NCBI GenBank assembly: GCA_044376115.1
Contig: JBILLK010000039.1
Span: 1 to 64,000 of the forward strand
Source of the DNA: Polyangiaceae bacterium
GTDB lineage: Bacteria > Myxococcota_A > Polyangia > Polyangiales > Polyangiaceae
Direction of reading: 5' to 3'
Length of the DNA: 64,000 bases
Below the pieces are notes generated by a model that saw only the letters and a program-made list of their open reading frames with translations, was not told the origin of the DNA and did not search any database. This document shows positions 38,634-46,471 of the stretch, one piece after another. Both the position numbers and the translations under genes were made by a program. The first letter of the stretch is position 1; every line of letters begins with the position of its first letter.

Positions 38634-39958
38634 TGAGCACAGAGTCGCTCAAACATACGCTGCGCCATGGGTTCGACGATTTTCGCCAGTTCGTAAACCC
38701 GCTCATCGCTCTGCGCACCGAGCTCTCCGGTGAGCCTGTTCGCGTACTCGGCACCGCCGAAGGTCGGCTCGTCACGGCCGATGGCCAACGCGTTGAGGAC
38801 TTCCACGGTACGCAAGCCTTCGGTCATCGCAACGAGTCGATCAGCCGCGCAGTGATCGACTTCCTGCAGTCCGATTCGCCCTCGTGGTTTCCCTCGCGGG
38901 TCAACCCGTTCGCTGGGACCCTCGCGCGCCGGCTCTGTGAGCGCGCCAATGTCGGCGGGACGGCGGTCTATTCCAACGCTTACTTCGCGAGCTCCGGGAG
39001 TGAGGCGGTCGAGGCCGGCATCAAGCTCGCGCGGGCAGTCACGGGCCGTCCCCGCGTGCTGTCGATGGAGCGCGCCTATCACGGCTGCACGATGGGCAGC
39101 TGCGGCTTGATGGCGAAAGGGGTGTTCCGCGATCCGTTCGGTCCTCACCTCCCAGGCTTCGAGGCGTTGCCCTTCGGAGAGGTCGGGGCGCTAGCGCAGG
39201 CGCTCGCACGTGAGGACGTCGCCGCGGTGGTCGTCGAGCCGATCCAGTTGGAGGGCGGCGTTCATGTCCTCTCCACCGAGTACGTGGCTGCGCTTTCGGC
39301 GCTCACGCAGCAGCACGGCACGCTGCTCATCGCCGACGAGGTGCAAACAGGGCTCGGTCGGACAGGGCGTTTCCTCGCGAGCGAGGGTTGGCCTCGCCGC
39401 CCTGACGTCGTGCTCCTCGGAAAGCACCTGGGAGGAGGCTTGCTCCCCGTCTCAGCGATGTTGACGACGCAAGCGCTGTTCGAGCGTGCTTACGGGAAGA
39501 ACTTCGAGACCTCCGAGGCTCACAACTGCACCTTCAGCGGGAACGGCGCCGGCTGCGTGGCTGCGCTCGCCGCGCTCGATCTCCTGACCGACGCGCTGGT
39601 CGAGCGGATCGCGGCGGTCGGAGCGCGGTTTCGCCGCGGTCTCGACGAGGCGCTCAGCGGGCTCCCTCTGTTCAAAGAGGTGCGAGGCGAGGGGCTCGTG
39701 GCCGGCATCGTGCTTGCGGAGTCGGATCACCCGTGGCTCTCCTTCGAGCACTTCGGCATGGGGGACCTCTCGGGTCACCCGACGACGGGGCTACTGCTCT
39801 GTCACCGTCTCTACAAGCGCGGTTTTTTCTGCTTCGTGTGCGGCAACGACTGGAGCGTGCTGCGGCTCCAACCGCGCTTCACGATCGAAGAAGAGACGCT
39901 CGAGGATTTCACACGCATCGTCCGCGAAGAGCTGGAGTTCCTATGCAACCTCAGCTGA
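38630..39958 (+). CDS. Class III PLP-dependent aminotransferase (HpnO/PigE-like)
   Basis: SSGSEAVE, YHG, VVEPIQLEGG, LIADEVQTGLGRTG, LLGKHLGGG (PLP Lys), HNCTFSGN. Confidence 0.9.
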   Translation: MMSTESLKHTLRHGFDDFRQFVNPLIALRTELSGEPVRVLGTAEGRLVTADGQRVEDFHGTQAFGHRNESISRAVIDFLQSDSPSWFPSRVNPFAGTLARRLCERANVGGTAVYSNAYFASSGSEAVEAGIKLARAVTGRPRVLSMERAYHGCTMGSCGLMAKGVFRDPFGPHLPGFEALPFGEVGALAQALAREDVAAVVVEPIQLEGGVHVLSTEYVAALSALTQQHGTLLIADEVQTGLGRTGRFLASEGWPRRPDVVLLGKHLGGGLLPVSAMLTTQALFERAYGKNFETSEAHNCTFSGNGAGCVAALAALDLLTDALVERIAAVGARFRRGLDEALSGLPLFKEVRGEGLVAGIVLAESDHPWLSFEHFGMGDLSGHPTTGLLLCHRLYKRGFFCFVCGNDWSVLRLQPRFTIEEETLEDFTRIVREELEFLCNLS

Positions 39959-40659
39959 AGCTCGGCACTGCGCTCGTGTTCGGGGGGACGGGGACGGTGG
40001 GCAGCGCCGTGGTTCGGAACCTCAGCTCTCGCGGCATACCGGTGGTGTTCACGTATTGCGCTTCCGAGGAGAAGGCGCGCGCGCTCGAGGCGGAGACCTT
40101 GCAGCGGGCCCTCCATCTCGACCTGCGCAACCCCGACGCGATCGAGCCGTTCCTTCGCGACCTTACCGAGGACATCGGGATCTTCATCCACTGTGCGGCG
40201 ACGAGTCGAGCCGCGACGCTGGAGGACATCAGCAACGACGAATGGCAAGCGGTGCAAACGGTCAACGCGACGTCGGCGTTCGTGGCCACGCGGGGTCTCG
40301 CGCCCAGGATGGTTGCGCGCGGAGGCGGGAGGATCGTCTTCGTGGGAGCGCTGGCGCCGAATCAAGCGGCCGCCGTGCCCGTTCACTTCGCGGCGACGCA
40401 AGGCATGCTCAGCTCGATGACGATGGCCCTGGCGAAAGAGCTCGGGGGCAAGAACGTGCTCGTCAACATGCTCGCCTTGGGGCTTCTCGAGAGCGGGCTC
40501 TCGCGTGAAATCTCGCCGCAGCTCGTCGCCGACTACAAGACCTTCAGCGCCCTCCGCAGGCTGGGTAACGCACAGGAGGCGGCCCGCGTGATCGCGTGGC
40601 TGGCGCTGGAAAATAGCTACATCAATGGGGAAGTCGTAACCGTCAACGGTGGTGTGTGA
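39943..40659 (+). CDS. SDR-fold protein lacking the catalytic Tyr/Lys
   Basis: GGTGTVG Rossmann motif; VPVHFAATQGML where paralogs have APVHYSAAKAAL. Confidence 0.8.
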   Translation: MQPQLKLGTALVFGGTGTVGSAVVRNLSSRGIPVVFTYCASEEKARALEAETLQRALHLDLRNPDAIEPFLRDLTEDIGIFIHCAATSRAATLEDISNDEWQAVQTVNATSAFVATRGLAPRMVARGGGRIVFVGALAPNQAAAVPVHFAATQGMLSSMTMALAKELGGKNVLVNMLALGLLESGLSREISPQLVADYKTFSALRRLGNAQEAARVIAWLALENSYINGEVVTVNGGV

Positions 40660-41510
40660 AGCGGACCTCCGCCTCTCTGGCGCTGGACTACGCGATTCTC
40701 CCTCTCTTTGTTGGGGCGGCGCTGCTCGCAACCTGGAGCGTCCTCGCGGCTGGCGTACCTGACCAGCTCGCCATTGGGGTGGTCATCGGTGGCGTGGCCG
40801 TCGGTGCCGGAATCCTCGAGCGCATACGGCCCGAACGCGCTGACTACGTCGCGCTTGACCAGCCGCTCTATGTCGAGGTCTTGCACTTCCTTTTCAACTA
40901 TCAGCTCGGTTACGCGCTGGGCTTTGGCGCATGTCTGGCTCTGCCAACGGTTTCGGCGCTCGCGCTCTGGCCGCACACCTGGCCGCTCGTAGGGCAGGTC
41001 TTGCTCGCGGGGATGCTGGGCGAGGCGCTCTCGTATTGGCAACATCGACTGTTCCACACCGTACCGTGGCTCTGGCGGTTCCACCGGCTTCACCACAGCG
41101 GCGGGCGCTTGAACCTCGTGCGGACAGGGAGGTTCCACTTCGTCGACCTCGGCGTTGGCGCCTTTCTGACGTTCTTGCCTCTCGTCGTCTTGGGGGCGCC
41201 GCCATCGGTCGTCGCCTGGGTCGGTAGCCTCACAGGGACGTTGGGCGTGCTGTCGCACGCCAACATTCGGATGCGGGCCCCCGTGCTCTTGAGTCGGATC
41301 ATTTGTACGCCCGCCATGCATCGGCATCACCATTCGCTGGACGCAGGTGAGGGCGCCACCAACTATGGGACGCTCGTGACGTTCTGGGATGTACTGTTTG
41401 GCTCGTACGCGACGCCACGGGCCGACGGCCCCGCAGCGGTCGGCGTGCAGGAGGACCCGACGCCTTCCGGCTTTTGGGCGCAAACCCTCTCGCCGTTCAG
41501 GCGGCGCTGA
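40656..41510 (+). CDS. Sterol desaturase / fatty acid hydroxylase family di-iron membrane enzyme
   Basis: YWQHRLFH, FHRLHHS, RFHFVD, HAN, HRHHHS, NYG, WDVLFGS. Confidence 0.92.
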   Translation: MKRTSASLALDYAILPLFVGAALLATWSVLAAGVPDQLAIGVVIGGVAVGAGILERIRPERADYVALDQPLYVEVLHFLFNYQLGYALGFGACLALPTVSALALWPHTWPLVGQVLLAGMLGEALSYWQHRLFHTVPWLWRFHRLHHSGGRLNLVRTGRFHFVDLGVGAFLTFLPLVVLGAPPSVVAWVGSLTGTLGVLSHANIRMRAPVLLSRIICTPAMHRHHHSLDAGEGATNYGTLVTFWDVLFGSYATPRADGPAAVGVQEDPTPSGFWAQTLSPFRRR

Positions 41511-41512
41511 TC

Positions 41513-42118
41513 GTGGGTCCCCGTCAAAGGCCCGCGGCCCTGCTACCCGCAGCTCGTCCAGCGCCGGGGCGTTGGCTGGCGGCCCCCGTGATCGCCGCGC
41601 TCGTCGTTCACGCGGTGTACAAGCTCGAGCACGACGCGCTCCAAGAGATGCTCTGGTCCTGTCACGTCGCCTCCGCGCTGATCGCGCTCGGGATCCTTGT
41701 TCGCGCGGTCTCCTTGGTCGCTGTGGGTGCGGTCTTTCAGTTCGCGATGGGTCTGCCTTCCTACGTCGTCGATTGGGTTGCGACGGGTGAGACGACAGCG
41801 TCATCTGTGTTGGTGCACACCGTGCCTCCCGTCGTGGCGGTGCTCGCGCTGCGTCGGCTCGGTGCGTGGCCTCGATGGGTGCCTGTTGCGTCGGGCTTGC
41901 TCTACGTTGCGCTGCTGATCCTCTGCCGCTGGATCACGCGGCCGTCGCTCAATGTGAACCTAGCCTTCGAGCCGTGGGCGCCGTCGGCTGCCCTCGGCCC
42001 GACCTGGAGCCTACGCGCGCTCAACCTGGTGATGATGGCGGCGCTTCTACCGTTGATCGACCGGGCCTTGCGCGCGTTCACGCGGGCGTCGTCCGCTCGG
42101 GCGGGAGCCACCGCGTGA
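41513..42118 (+). CDS. Integral membrane protein (possibly YwaF/TMEM164-like)
   Basis: About six hydrophobic segments; MLWSCH, VLVH and NVN motifs; coupled to the next gene (GTGA); start uncertain. Confidence 0.6.
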   Translation: MGPRQRPAALLPAARPAPGRWLAAPVIAALVVHAVYKLEHDALQEMLWSCHVASALIALGILVRAVSLVAVGAVFQFAMGLPSYVVDWVATGETTASSVLVHTVPPVVAVLALRRLGAWPRWVPVASGLLYVALLILCRWITRPSLNVNLAFEPWAPSAALGPTWSLRALNLVMMAALLPLIDRALRAFTRASSARAGATA

Positions 42119-43563
42119 GCGAGCAGCGCCTCAATCAAACGACGAGCTTGTGCTCAGAGTGCAAGCGCAGCGTCGTGGCCGAAGTGTGGCGACGCGGGGA
42201 CGTGATCGAGCTTCGAAAGCGCTGTTCGGAGCATGGCGAGTCAACGGTGGTCGTGTCCTCGAACGCCGATTGGTACCTGGAAACGCTCGCTTGTGCGCCC
42301 GCCCTCACGCCCCCCGAGCAGGCCCATGCGGTGTCTCAAGGCTGCCCGTTCGACTGCGGTCCGTGCACGAGCCACGAGCAGCGGGTGCTGCTCCCGATCG
42401 TGCCCATCACCTCCGCATGCAACCTCGATTGCCCCATTTGTTACACGCACAACCGTAACGATGGGGCCTTCCACATGACGGAGGCTGAGCTCCAAGCCAT
42501 TCTCGGTCATCTGCGGCGCGCCGATCCCGACAAGCGGATCATCAACCTCACCGGCGGAGAGCCCACGCAACACCCTGCATTCGAGCGGCTCGTCGAGCTC
42601 TGTCACGAAGAGGGAATCCATCGCATCACCGTCTCCACCCATGGGCTCCGGTTCCTGAAGGAGGAAGCGCTGCTCGAGCGACTCGCGCGCTTGGACGCGC
42701 GGATCGTCCTCTCCTTCGACTCGTTCGACGCTGCGACGAACAAGGAGATGCTTGGGGGGAACTTCCTCGAAGGAAAGCTGAAGGTGCTGTCGCTCCTCGA
42801 GAAGCACGGCGTGCAGACCTCGCTCTTACCAGTGATCGCCAAGGGCTCGAACGATCACGAGATAGGTCGCTTCGTTGAGCTCGCGCTCGCGAAGCCCTTC
42901 ATCCGTAGCGTCGAGTTCCACACGATGACCTTCACTGGACAGGGTGGTTCTGGCTTCTCCCGCAGCGGTCGCTACACGACCTACGACGTGCTTTGGGACC
43001 TGGAGGTGCAAACCTCCGGCACCTTGCGCGTGGCAGACTTCGTTCCATCGCCGGCGGCGCACCCTCTTTGCTACTCGGTCGCTTATCTCTTGAGACTCCG
43101 CACGGGGCGTTGGCTGCCCTTCACGCGCTTCATGCCCAAGGCGGAGTTTCGCGCGATGTTGGCAGGCGGACTCTACCTCGAACCGGGACCCGAAATGGAG
43201 CGCGCCCTGGAGGACATCCTGACGCGCCTATGGGCAGGCGAGATCCCGTGCGACGACGTCGATGAAGTCCTTGGAACGTTGAAGGAGTTGATGGCGCGCG
43301 TATTCACGCCCAGCGTGCCTCATGCGGAGCGCCTGCGCATCTCCGAGACCTACTCCAAGGCGATCTATGTTCATGCGCACATGGACGAGGAGACCTTCGA
43401 CACCGATCGCATTCGTCAGTGCTGCGTCGGGATCCGCGAGCCGAGTGGCGCAAACATTCCATCGTGCGCCTACAACGTGCTTTATCGCGACCGCGACAAG
43501 CGGTTCAGCCTCGCGCCCTCCGCGCCGCTCATCACCCTTGGGCGCGGACGTCCGAGCCGATAG
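42115..43563 (+). CDS. Radical SAM enzyme 3, Tes/GDGT-MAS-like
   Basis: TTSLCSEC...KRCSEHG, GCPFDCGPCTSH, CNLDCPIC, TGGEPTQHP, AHPLC, HMDEETFDTDRIRQCC...IPSCAYN. Confidence 0.88.
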   Translation: MSEQRLNQTTSLCSECKRSVVAEVWRRGDVIELRKRCSEHGESTVVVSSNADWYLETLACAPALTPPEQAHAVSQGCPFDCGPCTSHEQRVLLPIVPITSACNLDCPICYTHNRNDGAFHMTEAELQAILGHLRRADPDKRIINLTGGEPTQHPAFERLVELCHEEGIHRITVSTHGLRFLKEEALLERLARLDARIVLSFDSFDAATNKEMLGGNFLEGKLKVLSLLEKHGVQTSLLPVIAKGSNDHEIGRFVELALAKPFIRSVEFHTMTFTGQGGSGFSRSGRYTTYDVLWDLEVQTSGTLRVADFVPSPAAHPLCYSVAYLLRLRTGRWLPFTRFMPKAEFRAMLAGGLYLEPGPEMERALEDILTRLWAGEIPCDDVDEVLGTLKELMARVFTPSVPHAERLRISETYSKAIYVHAHMDEETFDTDRIRQCCVGIREPSGANIPSCAYNVLYRDRDKRFSLAPSAPLITLGRGRPSR

Positions 43564-43573
43564 CCGCCTGCTT

Positions 43574-44365
43574 TCAGTTCGAGCAGCCCTCTGCGTTCTG
43601 TGCCCACTCGGGGTAGTCGCTGAGGGTGGTCAGGTTGTGGAGCGCTGCGCTGCGGGCCACCGAGGGCGTGTCGCAGTGACCTACTTCACCGAGGAAGCGG
43701 TCGAGGTCGTATTGGGCGCAGTGCGTTGAAGCGGGGCTTTTGACGTGCGGCTCGAGGCCGTTGAAGCCGAAGCCGAGCGAGACGGTCATCGAGCAATCGC
43801 CGTCAGTGGTCTCCGACTGGCGGTACACCCAGGCGTTGCGCACGTTGTTCGGGACGTTCACCTGCCAGGCCTGCGGTTGGTACGGGTCGAACAAGACCAT
43901 CGCCTTGACGATCGAGTGCGACGCGGAGACGCGCAGATCCTTGCGCAAGCGTTCGGCGATGTCGCTGATGTTTTTGCCTCCCCAGGAGAAGCCGACCAAG
44001 TGAATGTCCGCGGGCGAGTCATCGCCGTCCACCTCGCCATCGCCGTTCTCGTCCAACGTTTCAAACAGGGCGCGGTAGGCGCCCTTCTCGTTGAGCGCCC
44101 CAAAGGCCGGGTATTCGCCGTCCCAGATCACCTCGATGCCCGCGTCCTCCGCTGCCAGGCACACGGCGAACAAGCCTTTGTCCCAGCCGGTGGTGCGGTC
44201 GGAGAGACCCTGCTGACACAGCAGCAAGCGGCGTGGCGCCGAACTCGCAGCGCTATCCTCTTCCGCCGAATCACCTTCCAGCGAGGTCTGCCCGGGCGCG
44301 CAAGCCGCACCGCTAAGCAGCAAGAGACCAACGAGCGAAGCGACCAACGATGCCGATGAGCTCAT
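43574..44365 (-). CDS. Alpha/beta-hydrolase-like lipoprotein with EF-hand-like loop
   Basis: Lipobox GAAC; DENGDGEVDGDD; nucleophile elbow LVGFSWGG; LFDP; VGH. Confidence 0.7.
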   Translation of the reverse strand: MSSSASLVASLVGLLLLSGAACAPGQTSLEGDSAEEDSAASSAPRRLLLCQQGLSDRTTGWDKGLFAVCLAAEDAGIEVIWDGEYPAFGALNEKGAYRALFETLDENGDGEVDGDDSPADIHLVGFSWGGKNISDIAERLRKDLRVSASHSIVKAMVLFDPYQPQAWQVNVPNNVRNAWVYRQSETTDGDCSMTVSLGFGFNGLEPHVKSPASTHCAQYDLDRFLGEVGHCDTPSVARSAALHNLTTLSDYPEWAQNAEGCSN

Positions 44366-44567
44366 GCTCGTAACCGTGCCTGAGCCGTTTCAGCTTGGGT
44401 AGCTTTCGGCTGTTGACCCGTGTTCAATTAATGCCCGTCGGTGCAAAAAATCAGGCGCGCTGGATTCGCGCGGAACGCCGTCCATGGACGCCTTCGACCG
44501 CGGGCCGTGAGCGCACATCGAGCGCGGGTTCGGGCGCTTGCGGCGCTCCGGCCGCGGCACACCGCTA

Positions 44568-45023
44568 TCAGCCCTCTTTCGCCTGCGCGCCGCCCAACGC
44601 GAGCACGCTGGTCCACTCGGCGGCGTCTTCGCATTCGAACGACAACTCGACGCGGCCGGTCGCCTCGAAGGGGCGGTCGGTTTCGAGCTTGAGCTCTCCG
44701 TCCTTGTGCGCGACGCGAAGGTTCGAAAGGTCGCTGCCGGATACCTGGATGGGGAAGGGGCACAGGATGTACAGGCCCTTGCCGGTCAATACGAGCTCGC
44801 CCGGCTTGATCGAGCGCATGCCCGAACGCATGCCTTGACCAACGAAGTCGTGCAGCTTGATGTGGAGTCGCCGACTGCCCGAGCGCTTCTTGATCCCGTC
44901 GGCGGCGAGCTTCGCGATGATGCGGTTGCGAATCCAACGCACGAGCCCAACTACGAACACGACGATCAGGACGGGGAGCAAGACCGCGAAGCCGACGATT
45001 CCGAGCACGAGGCCAAGGGACAT
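44568..45023 (-). CDS. Membrane-anchored hypothetical protein
   Basis: Long N-terminal hydrophobic helix; GC3-rich codons. Confidence 0.65.
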   Translation of the reverse strand: MSLGLVLGIVGFAVLLPVLIVVFVVGLVRWIRNRIIAKLAADGIKKRSGSRRLHIKLHDFVGQGMRSGMRSIKPGELVLTGKGLYILCPFPIQVSGSDLSNLRVAHKDGELKLETDRPFEATGRVELSFECEDAAEWTSVLALGGAQAKEG

Positions 45024-45093
45024 GCTGGCGAAGATACCAGTCCCGGAGGAAGCGCAGCAGGGTTCGGGGCGCGGCGGACGATCTTGAAGCCTT

Positions 45094-46218
45094 CTACGGC
45101 GGCGACGCGACGATCGCTAACACTGTATCCCCCGAAAACGTGGCTCCAACGAGGGCGCCGCTCTGTGCGGTCTGATTGACCGCCGCCGCGATTTCGAACA
45201 CCACCGGTCCACCGAGCGTGGGCTGCATCGTGAGCTCGGGAGCGAGCAGCAAGTGGGTCTGACCACCGGAGGTCGGATAGCCGCCGGTTTCGCTCGCCAA
45301 GTACGCCCCGGATTGCGTGATGGCCGCGACGCCAGTTTCGAAGCGATTGCCACATTGATTGGACGTCTGCGCGGGCGACATTTCGAGCTGCGAGAGCACG
45401 TGCAGCTGCGCGGGGCCTTCGGTTTCCAGCGTGGTCGAGAGAACGTCGGTGAAGGACGTCGTCATGCCTACCGGCATATCGGTCCCAGCGCCGAATTGGT
45501 CCCATATGGTGCGGAAGTAGCTGGCCGCTGCGATGCTTCGCTCGCGGCACTCGGGGCTTGGGTCCTCCACCCAGACCTCGAGCGAGGAGTCCGCAGCGAG
45601 GTTGACGACGCCGTTCTGACAGTCGCTACTGCGATATTGAGACATCGTCACCGTGATGCGGTCGTGCTCCGGTGTGAGGTCGCCATAGGCCAACATTCGA
45701 CGCGTGAGTTGCTCCTCCGGGCACAGGTCTTCGCCCGCTCCGAAGTTGATGATCTTGGGAAAGGCTGGGTCTCCGACCTGCACTGTGCTGGACCAGCCGT
45801 GGACGCCGAGGCTCAGAGCGCCAACGCCAAACAGGTTCAAATTGAGCCGAACCAGCGTCAGACCTTGATCGGGCACCGGTTGATCGAAGACGAGCACAGG
45901 CGCGTTGCCCGGAACGCAATTGAGGCTTACCGAACGTGCGAGCGGATAGACGTACTTCCTCACGGGCGCGCATCCCTGCGGGCCGCCGCCTGTGCCCCCT
46001 GCGCCGCCGCTGCTTCCGCCTGCGCCGCCCTCCGCGCCGCCGCCTCCATCGCCTGCTGCCGCGCCGGTTCCGCCAGCACCGCCGCTGCCACCAGCCACCA
46101 TTACGCCGCCGCCTGAAGCTCCGTTCCCGCCGCCCGTGCTCGCGCTGGTCGCACCATCGTCACCGCAGCTCGCCATGCAGAGCGCCGCACACCAAAGCAC
46201 GAGTCGAGGTTGGCTCAC
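45094..46218 (-). CDS. Hypothetical lipoprotein with Gly-rich linker
   Basis: LVLWCAALCMASCGDD, then poly-Gly linker and beta-rich domain; start estimated at GTG 46218. Confidence 0.7.
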   Translation of the reverse strand: MSQPRLVLWCAALCMASCGDDGATSASTGGGNGASGGGVMVAGGSGGAGGTGAAAGDGGGGAEGGAGGSSGGAGGTGGGPQGCAPVRKYVYPLARSVSLNCVPGNAPVLVFDQPVPDQGLTLVRLNLNLFGVGALSLGVHGWSSTVQVGDPAFPKIINFGAGEDLCPEEQLTRRMLAYGDLTPEHDRITVTMSQYRSSDCQNGVVNLAADSSLEVWVEDPSPECRERSIAAASYFRTIWDQFGAGTDMPVGMTTSFTDVLSTTLETEGPAQLHVLSQLEMSPAQTSNQCGNRFETGVAAITQSGAYLASETGGYPTSGGQTHLLLAPELTMQPTLGGPVVFEIAAAVNQTAQSGALVGATFSGDTVLAIVASPP

Positions 46219-46471
46219 GAGCCGAGCGTAGCAATACGGGCATCCGTGTACTTCGCTGTCGTCGGGCATGCCGCTTGCGCGACCGTGAGATGAGCGCAGC
46301 CGAACAGGCCCTCCAATGGGAACGCCGTGAATGCGAGGGCGTTGCGCCCCGACTCTCACACACGGGTCGACGCGCGCCTCCCGATCGCGCGAAAAGGCAA
46401 AGGAGTCCGGAGCTTGGCGCCTCCCGAAAACACCTCTTGCGCGGTGCCTGGAGATCCTACATGTGGGTGTT

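Noticed and set aside
26515..43563. Assignment as a ladderane, aryl polyene or aromatic type II PKS cluster
   Set aside because: No cyclases/aromatases, aryl-starter ligase or B12-type radical SAMs are visible, and an enoyl reductase is present. The product class cannot be named from sequence.
32244..43563. Radical SAM RiPP maturases with a precursor peptide
   Set aside because: No SPASM/RRE pattern was recognised, and the genes are tightly coupled to fatty-acid enzymes with no small precursor ORF between them.
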